Positions 1 through 14,397 are shown, counted from the stretch's first letter. The stretch: 64,000 bases of DNA from Eledone cirrhosa (GCA_964016885.1 OZ024749.1:50344001-50408000); one strand, 5' to 3'. Notes: generated from the letters alone by a model not told the origin. Numbers and translations are program-made.

Positions 1-28
1 GAAATATCCTTTCTCACTCTTAGTACGG

Positions 29-133
<105 letters not shown>

Positions 134-139
134 TCTATT

Positions 140-312
140 TCTTCTTGTTTGTCTTCTTCGTTTTCTTTTTGAGAAGATCATACAGTCTGACTCTTCGAGC
201 TCCTCTTCCAGCGTCTCCTGGTAGATGCCCAAGTGAAACCAGGCGTACGCATAGATCCTATCCAAACATATTGTTCGAGGTTTATCCCTGGTTTTCCTGC
301 CGGTTGATTCCG
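140..312 (-). mobile_element. RTE-clade (Expander/Rex3-like) LINE, decayed 3' end
   Basis: Minus strand translates to GRKTRDKPRTICLDRIYAYAWFHLGIYQETLEEE, resembling the RTE/Expander C-terminus GRRPRGRPRTRWxDxIxxLAWxRLGIxxExLEE, followed by an AAG-rich tail. Confidence 0.6.
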
Positions 313-325
313 TCCATAAAATCTG

Positions 326-602
326 CTCCCATGACTTTCGGAAACATTTTTTTCACGCTCAGAGTTACTGAAGCATGGAACAACTACCTACATCAGTTGT
401 TAGCTGTCGAGACACTGCATCCTTTAAAACCTCCATGCTTCCTGAAATTCGCCAACACTACACCTGATATCCCCCTACATACACATGCACACATGTATTT
501 CATGACTCATACACTGTTCATTTTCCTGATATTTGAATATTATTCTATGTACTATACATGCAACATTGATGAGTTGTGGTGCAATGTACGCAATAATTTC
601 AT

Positions 603-607
<5 letters not shown>
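326..607 (+). mobile_element. CR1-type LINE 3' terminal fragment
   Basis: Frameshifted HDFRKHF/FTLRVTEAWN/LPTSVVSCRDTASFKTSMLPEIRQHYT* matches the CR1 ORF2 C-terminal motif (RxxFFxxRVxxxWNxLP); 3'UTR ends in ATTATT abutting (TA)n. Confidence 0.75.
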
Positions 608-641
<34 letters not shown>

Positions 642-1548
642 GAGAGAGAGACAGAGCCAGCGAGAGTGAGAGTGAGAGGAGGAGGAGACAAAGAGAGATA
701 AGTAAACTGACTATCACGATCCTAAGCATTTTTGGTTTGACACAAGTGGTCGGAATTCACAAATTGCTATACTAATTTTGCATCTCCACAGGAACTGAGT
801 ATTCTCATGTTTACTGCTCGCCCTGTTATCAGCACCACAGATTCACTTTATATACATACACATATATATATAAGTGTGCCTTCCTGTGTGTATCAAAATT
901 AATGGCTGCGGGTAACATTCGACCCTAACTTAACTCACAAAGTTCAGAGATAAAACGTTATGTTAAACTGAGATGTTACTCAAATAGAATATAATATATC
1001 TAGTATAATAATGAGAAATACTGGAATCTACTTTCCTCTACTGACACAAGATCCATTAGCAGGCCAGCTTATTTTTGACGAGACGTCAATCCAACCACAT
1101 GCAGATAGAATAGTTTCATGTTTTCCACGAGAAATGGCAAATTATTTCTTTTTTCTTTTTACTGATATTTTTCTTCTCGTTTTCACTTCTATTCTCCATG
1201 TCATTTTCGATTCTTTTATTAAATAAATAGTTTAAATAGGCTTCAATTCTTACAGGAAACATATGGTTTTGATATACGTTAGAGATGTTAATTTGATGTG
1301 CAGTAAAATTGGTTGATGTATGTCTATGAACTCAATAGGCTACGTCAGTTAGGTCTACTATTCAGGCTTCGAATAGAACTGTCTGTGCAAAGACAAATAA
1401 TATATTATGTATTTGTTTTCTATGTGGCTAAAATAACTAAACTAAGTAATAGAAAGGAATTGTGAGACGTAGCAAAATAATATAAGATTGAATTACAGGC
1501 ATAGTGTAATTACGAGTTTTATGAATTAATAATATGAAGTTATTATGA

Positions 1549-1640
1549 TCAATTCGAGACAGAAGCTGCGGAAAGGATCCGCTGGATGGCGTGTCTGAGA
1601 ACTCTTCTCCCAGGAATACGTGGACGGAAAAGAAGAAGAA
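1549..1640 (+). mobile_element. RTE-clade LINE extreme 3' end
   Basis: QFETEAAERIRWMACLRTLLP resembles the RTE/Expander terminal LEEVAxERxxWxxLLRLLP, followed by an (AAG)n tail; similar to the end of the 49613 fragment. Confidence 0.45.
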
Positions 1641-2711
1641 TATGTTATAATTCCTTTACAGAAGATGAAAGACGCTGCATCTGCTTTCTAATAGTCACAA
1701 TAGATATTGTCTTTTTGTACTGATTAGTATTGTTACCTAAGTTGTCATTTACAATTAAAAAAAATTTACATTTAAATCCTCATCCTACTACTATCTCTCT
1801 ATCCATATTTTATACTAGTGCTTTTGCTCTTTCATATATATCTATCAATGCAATTGTCATGACATATTTCAAATGTTACCTAAGTAAAATACTGTTAAAC
1901 TAACCGTCTGTAGTAGCCTTTATTTACAGCGGATTATTACATGACATAATATGGATATTGATCGAAGAAAATTTGCCACGTTTGATAATATCAAATAATG
2001 ATACATACATACAATAACTATAAAAAGTAAGTATATATCTTATAGGAAAACGATTTTAGATTGATACATACATTAACTTTAAAAAGTATGTATGCATCTT
2101 ACATGAAAACGATTGACATTCATATTTAAGTAATAGATTGTCACTGAGAATAATATAAACATGAAATTATATTATTATTGTCAAGCAATATAAATACAGA
2201 TAATTAAAGTTTTGTTTGTATTGAAAATATATATGTATGGAAATACTTATTTTACTTTAATATTAGAATAATTTATGCATATTTATTTTATTTGAAATTA
2301 GTATATCTTTCTCTAATTGTATATGTACCCTAAAAGGAAAATATAAATCATAATTATTTCTTTTCTATATATTTTTTGCTGTTATTATACACAGAGGTAA
2401 AATAGTCATACATGATATTTTCTATAGTTATGCCATAATGGTTTCTAGATTCTTCATTGTTCAATTGTGATTCTTATTATTGCAGATTTATATAACTGAT
2501 TTTCTGATTACAAAAGGTTTTCTTATCTTGTATGCTGATTATCAAGATGCACATCCCCTACACACATATATACATATATTTATATACATACATTTATCTA
2601 TATAGATATAGACATGCATGTATACATAAAATAAGTATATGTCCCCCATTCACACAGATATAGTTATGCACAACCACATATGTATATAAATATACTGTAC
2701 ATATGTATGCA

Positions 2712-2771
<60 letters not shown>

Positions 2772-3117
2772 TATATATATATATATATATTTATTGTAAC
2801 TATAGACTCAAAGAAACGTTTTCGCTCTACAATTGCAAATCGAACCCTTAACCTCTTACTACCAACTGACAAACTGCATATACTTAGACTTTATACCCTC
2901 TTATTGTATCTAAACCCTTTTAATTACCCACAAAAACCAATACCTATATCCCTCCCTTCTCCTTCATTCGTCTGCTATTTCTTCGTTTTCTTCCTTCCTT
3001 CCCTCCCCTTTTTGGCTATCTTTTCTTTTCTTCTTTCTCCCGCCCCCTTCTTTGCTTTTATTTTTGTCATTATTATCTTTATCTTTATTTTTTATATATA
3101 TATTTATCTCTTCATAT

Positions 3118-3127
<10 letters not shown>

Positions 3128-3200
<73 letters not shown>
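3128..3200. repeat. (CT)n microsatellite
   Basis: Direct reading. Confidence 0.95.
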
Positions 3201-3206
<6 letters not shown>

Positions 3207-3818
3207 CATCCCTCCCACTATGATCAATTTAATTCTCATTAACTCACTGCATTCCACAACGTAAAGTCTGAATATCAAAACTGATCAAGGAATCATTCCA
3301 CCTCTACCCATCCCTTCATCTCAGTTTGTCACTCTACTTCCTAACTCTTCTCCCCTTCCTCTCTCTCTATATACGATTCCGTTTGTCCGCTTATCTTCTA
3401 ATTCCTCTTCCTCTCTCTCTATACTAGTAAATACAATACCAAAAAAATGTTTTTTCTCTATATATTAAGAACTATTTCAAGAGTAACTTACTCACTATTT
3501 TGAAAATTTGGACGTGAACAACAATTATAATTGAGTGGCTACTATTTGCAGTATAGCAATATAAGGTTGCACTTACTAATGAAACGGTCGTAAATACCTG
3601 GATAAAATCCTTCTCTTAATGCTTACCTGTGTTTTCTCTTTTATACTATATATATAGATAGATATAGATAGATACCTATATAGGTATATATATATATACA
3701 TACAGACATATATATATATGCATATATATATATAGATAGATATATAGATATATATAGATATATATACACACAGACATATATGTATGCATATATATATATA
3801 TATATATATGTATACACA

Positions 3819-3859
<41 letters not shown>

Positions 3860-4672
3860 GTGTATACATATATATATATATATATTATTCCACCACATGT
3901 TATCCTATAACAACTTCCTCTTAATATGCCATTAGTATTCATTATCTACCTTTGTATAATTATGGCAAGCCATCCATTTCCCAAGCCATTTATTGTACGT
4001 CATATGAGTTTTAATGATTCAAATAGAGTTATTTTTCTGTGAAATGTAACGAGTAATATTCAATATGTATAATATGTAAGTTTTGTTTACTATATGAAAT
4101 GCATGAAAGGTATTCATAATGGAAACATTTTACCAGCAATTAAAGTAGAAATTATAAGTCGAGCAATCTCCCACCTCTTCTAATATTGCTGATCTAATGC
4201 CTAAATTAGAAATTATTATTGTTATACTAGATATATTTATTGACATATTAGAAATGGTAAATCTGTTGTTTCATTTAATATAAATCTAAGGAATATAATT
4301 AAAATCTGAAATCTAACGGTCATTCAATTAGCACCATATTTCTAAACAATGGAAACTGTAATTATCATGTCCATATTACATTACCCACAATTATATTCCA
4401 AATCATATGCTGAGTAAGAATCTAAAGATAATACATGTGTATGAAATTATTGTTGAGGGCATTAAAACGTTGCTGACATCACATCTTCATTTTCTATGAT
4501 TATTGCAGATTATTATGTTTATCTTCCAATCATCATCACCATAGCTGGTGAAACTAGAGACTGATCCGTTTACAAATAACCTCTTGGGGTAATTTACGTA
4601 CGTACATACGTAAATACATACTTACGTACTTACATACAAACATACGTACATACGTACATATATTCAATACAT

Positions 4673-4790
4673 ACATATATTCAATACGTACATACAAGGA
4701 GACATATCTATGTACATATATACATACATATATTCAATACGTACATACAAGGAGACATATCTATGTACATATATACATACATATATTCAA
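4673..4790. repeat. 53-bp tandem duplication
   Basis: tcaatacgtacatacaaggagacatatctatgtacatatatacat starts at 4681 and again at 4734. Confidence 0.85.
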
Positions 4791-4961
4791 TGATACATAC
4801 AAAGGATAATAATAATAGTTAACATATACCATGCTAGCGTGGAAGATAGACGCTAAACGATAATGATGATGATGATATATATGTATATATGAGTCAGTGC
4901 GAGTTCCTGTAAATTTGCCGAGTATTCCCCATTCAATTTTCTGTCACAAGGGGACCGCCTC

Positions 4962-5000
<39 letters not shown>

Positions 5001-6785
5001 GTGTGTGTGTGTGTAGATAGAGAGAGATATGAGAGAGAGAGAATGAGAGAGAGATAGAGAGATGTGAGAGAGATGATGAGAGAGAGAGAGTTAGAGATAG
5101 GGAGGAGGGAATGATAATGTGGGTGAGCGAGCGTGAGAGAGGCGAACCGAAGCAAATATATACCCAACATTATTTGCCCTCTTTCTTAGGTCGAATAAAT
5201 GCAGTGATATTGAAATGTGTTCTATAGTGTGTGTTCATCAATCTGTGAAATATGATTTTAGTCTTAGAGCATACTAGTCAATAAAAAAAGACCGAAAAAA
5301 TACCTCAAATTATATAAGATAACAAGTCCATGCTTGCAAGTCATATAAATGTACGCTCATTAATGTTCTAAAGAATACGTGTGAAGTCAACCCAGCGTTG
5401 CTAAAATAACAAATTTGCCCAACAAAATGTCTGCTCTTTACGTCACCTCGTTAACAATGATAACACTCTGAAATATACTTGAAATGACATATTTCCTGCT
5501 GCGATAATGAAGGATAATCTTGCATAAGGAAATATTTAAACGTAATTAAGTAACGTTTTGTGACCAATTTTCTTTTAACGTTTTTTCTCTTTTTACGAGT
5601 ATCATTTTTTTTTTATATTGCTTTATATTTTATCCTGCATATTTATTTGTTGAATTATATATTCATATTGCTTTTCGTTTTCATTACTGGTAGCAATGTA
5701 TAAAAGAATAACCTAATGGCTTTTATGCGGTAATATGTATCAAAAGTCGTTCTTAAGTCGATGGAATGGCATCAATAATTGTGGGAGGACATAGAATGTT
5801 ATTCTTCTTCTTTAATTGTACTGGGCGTACTACATTGATGTTCTGTAATGAACAAAGATTATCACTACTGAGCAAGTAAAAATATAAAATGGGATATGAA
5901 TGTCAATAATGAGGTGAATATGAGGTGAAGTTATTATAGTTTATTTTTGGAAACAAGATTTTTCCTAATTCTCTATGTTCAATGACGTAAGTTCAACATG
6001 TGATATTTGAAGGTCGCTTTAAACTAAGATATGTAGATTAATGCTCTTTCGTTGAAACCGCATTACCAATTTTTACATTTATATATCACACAATTGTAAG
6101 AATGTCGCTTTTGAGATTTTGTCACTACAGTATATTTTCTATAACAACATTAATGTTACATGTTACATGACGATAACCGTACTAGAATAAACCACATTAA
6201 GACCGCTAACAATACCTATGAAAATTAAATCTAATGCAATGCCTACTCTTCTTTAACTTCAGATCAATTGTGGTAGACAAAACCACCTACAAAAAAGGTA
6301 CATGTCCGACAATCCAGTTTATTTTAAATATATTATACAATATTGTCGAACAAATCTTTTCTTCAACTTCATACAGGTCTACCCACTTATTCTAATATGT
6401 CGCGAAATACGTAAAACCAACGATGTTTAAAACATGAATCACACGAAACTTAGCGTAGAGATATTTTAGGACATTTGAAATAAAATTTTACATTTTACTT
6501 GTTGGCGTTTTTAACTTCTGGAGTTTACACAATCATTTAATCGACACTGCTCCAATACTATTATTGTTGATAGCTTCTCTGTGTCACCACTAGAACAAAA
6601 GGATGGCAAAGATCATCTAAAAATATAGCGTAATAAGGCTGGTTTCTTGCAAACGAATCGAATATAAAACTCCAGAATGCATTTACGTATCCGTTATGTT
6701 AGAGCGAATAACGAAATTATATACATATATGTAAAGAGAGAGAGAGGTAGTGAGACAGAGAGGGCGAGAGAGCGAGCAGAGATAG

Positions 6786-6903
6786 TATGGTAAAATACCA
6801 GTGGACCATAAAACACCAGAGTACACAATAGTCAGGGTAGTAGAGTGGGGTCTAGATGTCGAAACGGCTGGAGCTCAACCGTCGGGCTCCTGACTCTCTT
6901 CCT
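6786..6903. mobile_element. Rearranged fragment of palindromic PLE-like family A
   Basis: 6858-6903 matches about 22566-22610 directly, and 6786-6848 is the reverse complement of about 22616-22680. Confidence 0.6.
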
Positions 6904-7314
6904 CTCTTTCATATATATATATATATATATATAAAGGGAAATCCGATGAGGAAATACTTGGTTGATATCTCTAAAGGAGTTTCAATATGGAGTTGTATAG
7001 ACGGTTGTCACAAATTTCTTCTGAAAAATATCAAACTTTGACTATTTAAATCGCATCTTATGCAATGGGAAATTTTCATTAATCGATGAAACAACAAAAC
7101 CTCTAGAGCTACATTAAAGCGTCATTTACTATCATTTTCCCTCAAGATGAAACATACGAAATATTGATCTAAAGAATAATGGATAAAATTTCACGAATAA
7201 ATTTTAGTTATATAGTACACGACGAAATTCTTGAAGTAAATTGAACAAATTTGTCATATTTCAATATATTTACCATCTCGTGTTTCAGCATCACTCTCGC
7301 TAACATTTTCATAG

Positions 7315-7815
7315 TAATCATTCTCGTCATCATCACAATCACTGACAGGATTCTTCATCATCATTGTCATCCTCATCACTGATAATAACGTAATAATAAT
7401 AATAATCATCATCATCGAGATGAGTTTTCAACGTCATAATCATCGTCATCGTCATCATCATCATCATCACCATGATGATTGATCATCATCGTTGTCAAAA
7501 CCTCCGTGATGTGTCTTCAATATCAAAATGATCATCATCACCATCATCACCACCACCACCGTGACGTTTCTTCATCATCGTTGTCATTATCTCCACTGTG
7601 ATGTGTCTTTAACATCATCATTATCAACATCCTTATCATCACTGCAACCTAGCTATATGCACATATTATCACCATCATTGTCACCATCACCACCGCCATG
7701 TTTCCTATTCATAATAATCATCATCACAACCACAGCCACCTGCAATATCATCACCACTGCCACCACCATCACTGACACCAATCAATAACACCACCACACC
7801 ATCACCATTAACATC
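7315..7815. repeat. Degenerate (CAT)n/(CAC)n trinucleotide low-complexity tract
   Basis: Direct reading. Confidence 0.85.
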
Positions 7816-8298
7816 AGTTCCAGTATATCCATATTCACCTTCACCTATTTCATTTCCTCTTTTAAGATTAGTTTTAGTATTATTTCTGCTAATATAACTC
7901 ATACTACTCACTCAACTATTGTCTGAATAAAATGTTTGTCTTGTTTTTATATTTAATTTTATAATCATAAGACTTTTATATCGAAAAATACGTATATATA
8001 TCGAAAAATATATATACGTTGCAAAGAAATATGGTAAACAGGAATTTCATATGATCTTTCAATAATTTGTTGATATATTCCGTTTTATTTTATATTTATT
8101 GTTGTTGTTTAGTTGTGGAACTAGATATTGATGTTGTTATTGTTAATGTCGCTGTTGTTTTTGCTGCTCTCGTAGACTTTGATAATAAATACTTTGAACA
8201 ACATCAGAAAGATACAGAAAAAAAATAAGAATTCTACGTCTTCAGATGTTTCCTGCGTTAGAAATTATATTAGAAATTTAATCATTATAAATATATGC

Positions 8299-8339
<41 letters not shown>

Positions 8340-8736
8340 TCACTTCTTCTTATTTTCTTTTGTTTCAATTTTCTCTTTGAAATATAATTAATTGATAGGA
8401 TAACGATATACTCAGATGAATGCACACGCTTAACCACGTATGTATATATATATATATATAAATAAATAAAAATAAATATATATATGTATATATCTAAATG
8501 TATATATCTATATATATACATTTATATATGTATATATATATATAAATAAATAAAAATAAATATTTATATGTATATATCTAAATGTATATATATATATATA
8601 TATATCTAAATGTATATTTATTTATATATATATATACATTTATATATGTATATATATATGTATATATATATATATGAGAGACGTAAAATAAGAAAATTAT
8701 AAAATTATAAAATTAACTTACTAAAATTTCACTCCA

Positions 8737-8851
<115 letters not shown>

Positions 8852-9887
8852 ATATACATATTTATATGTGTGTGTGTGTGTTTGTAGAGGAAAGCTTGAC
8901 AGGATTTTTGAACATTATAATGCTGGGTGATCGATCTCGCTGTCGATCTACTCCTTACAAATGCAATGGGATTTTGCAGATGCGGGCTACTATGCTTCCC
9001 TAATTAATTTACATTTTATATTTTATGTAATATTTTGTTTAAAACATCAGATTTTTAGATTTCTTCATTATTTATATTTGTTCGTTTGATTTATTTTACT
9101 AGTTTCATTACTTTGTGATTCTTCTTTTCCTGAATTAAATCCATTCAATTATAATTTAACTCCCACCCAACCAATACTTTAGGCAAAGTGGTTAGAACGT
9201 CAAATCGAATGATTTGTGGTATTCGAAGCAGGTGAGTCTAGCTCTTTATTCTTTCAAGGACGTTAAAAGAAAACTACTAGTACAGCCCAGGAGTCGATTT
9301 TCCCTCAATACTTCTTTTAACATTTTCTCTATCATAAACACTCTCTCTTTCATTCTGTGTTCAGCCTGAGGGAGAGTTCGCCACTGCTAGACAATTAAGC
9401 ACAACAAACGTCGTATTTCTCAATGGCAGCTGAAATATGTCCACAATGTGCTTCACATTCTTGAATCTTTCATATATTTCTAATTAAGAAATTGAAATAT
9501 GCTGGACGCGGTAAAATGTCAAGTAAAGCGCCCCAGCGACTGGCAACAAAGGGAAAGGAAACTTGATTGATTGACTTAATCAAAACATTATTTTTATCCC
9601 TTTTTGTCTCACTATATTTAAATAAAAACCCTAAACTTTCTTGGGCATTTTCAGTTTTAAATCTTTGTTTCAAAGTATTGTAAAAGCCCAAATATTAGTA
9701 ACGCGAAGGTAACAGCAAGACGACAGATCTGTCACCTTCTAAAAGTCCAAACGGGAAATGCAATGAAAATTGCCGCAAAACGGGGAGGAATGAAGCAATA
9801 TAGAAATTTTACATACTGAATGCTATACCCATTTTCACAAGAGAAGACATCTCTCACCCACCCCAAAGTGAGTAGGAGTGTATATAG

Positions 9888-9979
9888 CTTCATCAGGACT
9901 AAAAATGTTTCATTCGTCGGAAGATATCAGGAAAGGCTGATGATTTCCGACGAATGAAACAGTTCTAGTCCTGTAGAAG
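9888..9979. mobile_element. Inverted repeat with HHR-like core (PLE pLTR fragment, family B)
   Basis: About 43-bp arms, 9888-9930 and 9937-9979; right arm CTGATGA-tttccgacgaat-GAAACAGTTC; a second copy is at 63644-63685. Confidence 0.6.
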
Positions 9980-9997
9980 GTATTTATATCATAAATG

Positions 9998-10039
<42 letters not shown>

Positions 10040-10918
10040 GCGGGGGTTGTTAGGGATTGTCACATTTCTAGTATTCCACCTAACCTCAGACAGTCACAAA
10101 CGTTGTCGAGAATGGTTTGTCACCAAGTTCTTATTTAACACACACGCACACATATGTATATATATATGTGTGTGTGTGTGTGTATGTGTGTGTGTCTCTG
10201 TGTGTTTGTGCGTGTATGGTGTAGTTCATCATATTAAAAGCTTACACTTGTATAATATGGTATATATTCATCACATTATAAATATAAATACCTAATATAT
10301 TTCTACGCTCTATTTGCCAACACATGATATTAAATCTGTTCACTTCACTTAAGAGAATTGTACCACCATTAATTGAACAATAGGCGGATCAGAGCATTTT
10401 GAGATCTACTATAGATTATATCACGACTAAATTTAAGCAAGAATACATTTGTTTTCACACGATGTCTATGGTATTTTCTACAATTATATAATTGAAGGTT
10501 AATGTTTTACACATCAACAGTTTAGTAAATGCAGAGAGTATTAATTTTAAATCCTAACAAAGTCAGAGCAGATAATTGAGTAATGAAGTAAAGTTTCTGT
10601 ATGATAAGAGAATTCTTTATAACCGTCAAAGAATTACAGTCTTAGTTTGGGTATTTGAATAGAAAAGTTTGCGGCTTGACTGCAGCTATTCCTAAGTCTT
10701 TTTATTAATAAAAGAAATTGATTTGTTAGACTTCATTTTATTAATACCGTAATGGAGTTGCGCTTTGTATTTATGTGAATGACATTTGACGTCGCCTCTA
10801 AGCACATGATGTAATGTAGAAGCAAACATACCAGCAATAGTACATTAACTATAGACAATTCACACAACTAATCTGAGAGAAACGCGCGTACGTGTATGTC
10901 ACACACACCTCGCCCCTA

Positions 10919-10975
<57 letters not shown>

Positions 10976-11048
10976 GGTGTGGAATGCTTAAATCGTCCGT
11001 AAGCGGTATGCCGTTTGAGCACTCGATGCTCTTACAGAGCAGAGTATA

Positions 11049-11324
11049 ATATCACATAAGAAACGGAGAATCAGTGGTGCGACGAATAAGATTTATTAGA
11101 CATATTACAATCGTTTCTCTGGCGACCAGCTCGAGGGACGATCGATGCAGGGATCAAACCTGACTCTGAAATCGCAAGATCTTCGGATATGTCTCGATTC
11201 TATGAAAAAGTGTTTCCAAATTTTGGAATTGCTGCTTCGTAGAATCGAGACGCTGGTCGCCAGAGAAACGAATCTAATATGTCTTGTTCGTCGCACCACT
11301 GATTCTCCGTTTCTTATGAGATAT
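11049..11324. mobile_element. Inverted-repeat element (probable PLE inverted pLTR, family C)
   Basis: Arms 11049-11130 and 11252-11324; nested hairpin 11191-11206 with 11236-11251; right arm starts ctggtcgccaga-GAAAC (stem II plus GAAA half of an HHR); abuts (TA)n. Confidence 0.6.
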
Positions 11325-11519
11325 ATATATATATATATAAGTCCCGGGTTCAAATAGGGGCAACCACAATAAGGTGTTCAATACATTAGTATTGTAAAAT
11401 TGTAAAATTATATTAGACACTTTATATAAACAGTCTGTACATTTACAAAATATGTGTGTGTGTGCTCTGTATATGTAGTAAATACATATATACAACATAA
11501 AGGAATCAAATTCCCATTG

Positions 11520-11800
11520 TCACTGCACTCGTATCTCTCTCTTTCCATATCTCTCACTATTATGAGCAAACGGGAACCCACGCGCTAGCCACCCCATTGC
11601 CCCGGCGGAGCGAATAGAGAAGGCATTTCCCGGGAGGATGGTAAGGGAGACACGTTGTAAGAGCCATTCTACCTTCCCATACTGATACCTGCGGCTAGCC
11701 AACTCTGTGCCGATGTTGTTGAGTAGAGAGGTGGTCCTAGGGTGAAGGACACCAGAACAATCCACTGCTACCAGAAATCTCAGTGCAAGAGATGAGATTG
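11520..11800 (-). mobile_element. CRE-clade non-LTR retrotransposon 3' fragment (restriction-like endonuclease C-terminus)
   Basis: VAVDCSGVLHPRTTSLLNNIGTELASRRYQYGKVEWLLQRVSLTILPGNAFSI resembles the CRE motif PxAVETxGxxGPxxxxxLxxIGxxLxxxxxxxxExxxLxQRxSxAIxRGNAxSI. Confidence 0.7.
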
Positions 11801-13141
11801 TTTAAAGCAGGTAGAGACTTCCACTGCTTAGATTATTCGAAATATATGGACAATATTTTAAAATATAATTATAATGTGTAATGAAGAGAAGCAACTCGAT
11901 TATTGCCAACAAGAATAGAAATAAGAATTATATGTACCATGGAAACTATTTTATATTTAGTTTACCAACCTTTGTTATTTAGATATTGGAAGAAAATAAA
12001 TTCACATAATATAACTCCAATGATTGAAACATTAAATTATATTTTTTTTATTTTCATGGCTGAAAAGATTGTTGATATCTGTTTAAGTGAAAAAGTAAAT
12101 ATACGATAGAAATTCGTTTTAATACAGGATATTATATTCTATTTTAATTGCTGCCTTAAGGTAACTTCTACAAATGATGAAAACATAATAGAAATGAATA
12201 TTATGTGAACAATATGATACTAAAAGTCTAGTCGTCTAGGGGCTGACGTCAGTTATTTCTTAACTTTGCAAATATTACTAATTATTTATAAATAACAGTA
12301 TTATTTACAAATGAGACAGTTTGCTTGATTGTAACGGGATTTTACATGAAAGACGAAAGATGGGCAGCTTGAATTCATGATCAATTGAACAGACGTAGGT
12401 TTTAACAATAATTAGGTCCATGTATATATGAATAAGTGGTACAAGTGTGGCTATCCCCTGTTGTTATGTATCTCTTAATATAATGTGTCCCTGATTACAT
12501 AATTCAGTATATAGTCCTTTATAATTCTAGCACATTACATAAGGATGAGGATATATATATATATATATACAATACATTAACAGAGAAAGCGTTATGCTAT
12601 ACTCTGACTGGCTTCCATCTCACTCAACAAACATTAGGATATACCTTAGTATAATCCCAATTTTACGTTTGGGGTGCTAACTATATGTATTTTGCGGAAA
12701 GCCAGTTGTATTATTTTATATGAGACATAATTAAAATATATCTCCCTTTCCAAACAATTGTTTCATTATAAGTTTTCTACAAGTTGGGAAAATGTGTCAA
12801 AGTTATGTAGAAGCCTGCACATATTTCGGAGGAATATATGCAGGTGGGCACTTATAAATCATCAGTGGATGCCCACAAACATCGATATAAAAAGAACTCT
12901 CTTACCGATGTCTAGTCCCATGTTAGCGATGGTCTATCTCCGTATCAGAATGACCGCCAAATATATATATATATATTGATTATGTTGATTTAAAACTGCA
13001 CTATCAACAAGTGTTTTTTAGCCTTCATATCATGTTCTCCTGTTTTATCTGATGAAAACACAAATATTATTGCTTGATGATGTTTGTTTTTGAAATGCGC
13101 ATAATAAAATATATGGAACTCCTTTAACCATCTTTTGATCT

Positions 13142-13203
<62 letters not shown>

Positions 13204-13304
13204 TTATGCAAAGTTATGTAATGTGCTAGAATTATATATATATATGTACACATGAATATATCCTCGTGCAATGTTATGTAATGTGCTAGAAGAATTATAT
13301 ATAT

Positions 13305-13416
13305 ATACTAGCTGAGGTTCCCAGCTTCGCCAGGGTTAACACATGATAAGAGAAAACGTCTGTATTGAATGCATTGTCTTGTTTACAGTGTGTGTGTATG
13401 TTTGTGTGTGTTTGTG

Positions 13417-13464
<48 letters not shown>

Positions 13465-13482
13465 TGTTCGTGTGTGTGTATA

Positions 13483-13540
<58 letters not shown>

Positions 13541-13826
13541 CTTGTGTGAGTGTTCGTGTGTGTGTGTGTGTAAACCACCGTTGGAATCGGAGACTTAGGC
13601 CGCGAAACACGATCATCACTGACAACGAACTCTGCTAGAAATAGCAGTCAGGCTGGTTAGCATACGTGGTATGTCTTTCTTCTTCTTTGGTGTTATAAAA
13701 TTAGTATCAATAAACTTTCCTGGATATATTCTTATCCCAATCCTGTAGATACTTTCCGATTGTCACTTCGTTTTTTTTTCGTGTGATACGCGAAGGAACC
13801 AACCAACAAACATCTCTCTTTTATTT
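13305..13826 (+). mobile_element. Possible non-autonomous Helitron/Helentron-associated (Lep1/DINE-like) element with internal microsatellite
   Basis: Starts ATACTAGCTG with the hairpin cccagcttcgccaggg; internal (TG)/(TA) tract; 3' part ends accaaccaacaaacatctctctttta. Recognition is from recalled element architecture only. Confidence 0.3.
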
Positions 13827-14397
13827 GTTCATTCAAAATATTTTTCAGCTAATTCTGTCGTACACTATACATCAGCAATCGTTATCTAATGTTTAAAACA
13901 TATGAATAGCTGCGATATATGCACCATATCAATCAACAACGATATGGGAATTGAATACCATACTAAAGCGCATGTAAGCAATAATTTGTACAACCATAAT
14001 GGAAATTCCAAGTAACAGAAAATACATAAATTACATTCTTAGAGCCTCAGAGCTCTCGGGAGCAAAGATGAAGAGATTGTTTGGGGAGCTCACCCTAGAG
14101 CATCCTACATACAATTGACCATGGTTTTCCCAGATGAAGGCCAGCCACATTTAGGGTCTGACCCTGAGCTTTGTTGATGGTAATCGCGAATATTAGTCTC
14201 TCTGTTGCTCTAGTAACATTTTTCCTTTTGGAAAATCTGATCTTGCGGCCAGGCTAGGACTTTTTGGGTGGCATATCGGCAGTAACAATGAGGATAAACC
14301 GTCTGGGCTTTTGTGAAATAAATGCGTTTGTTTATATTTTGTTTTTGTGTATGCAAAAATAATGTACACAAATATATAATTATATATATATATATAT

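Noticed and set aside
3570-3600. ttaCTAATGAAACGGTCgtaa, a possible HHR relic
   Set aside because: The core is mutated and stem II is absent; too degenerate to call
7528-7911. ORFs rich in I/T/H/S
   Set aside because: They are products of a degenerate (CAT)/(CAC) repeat
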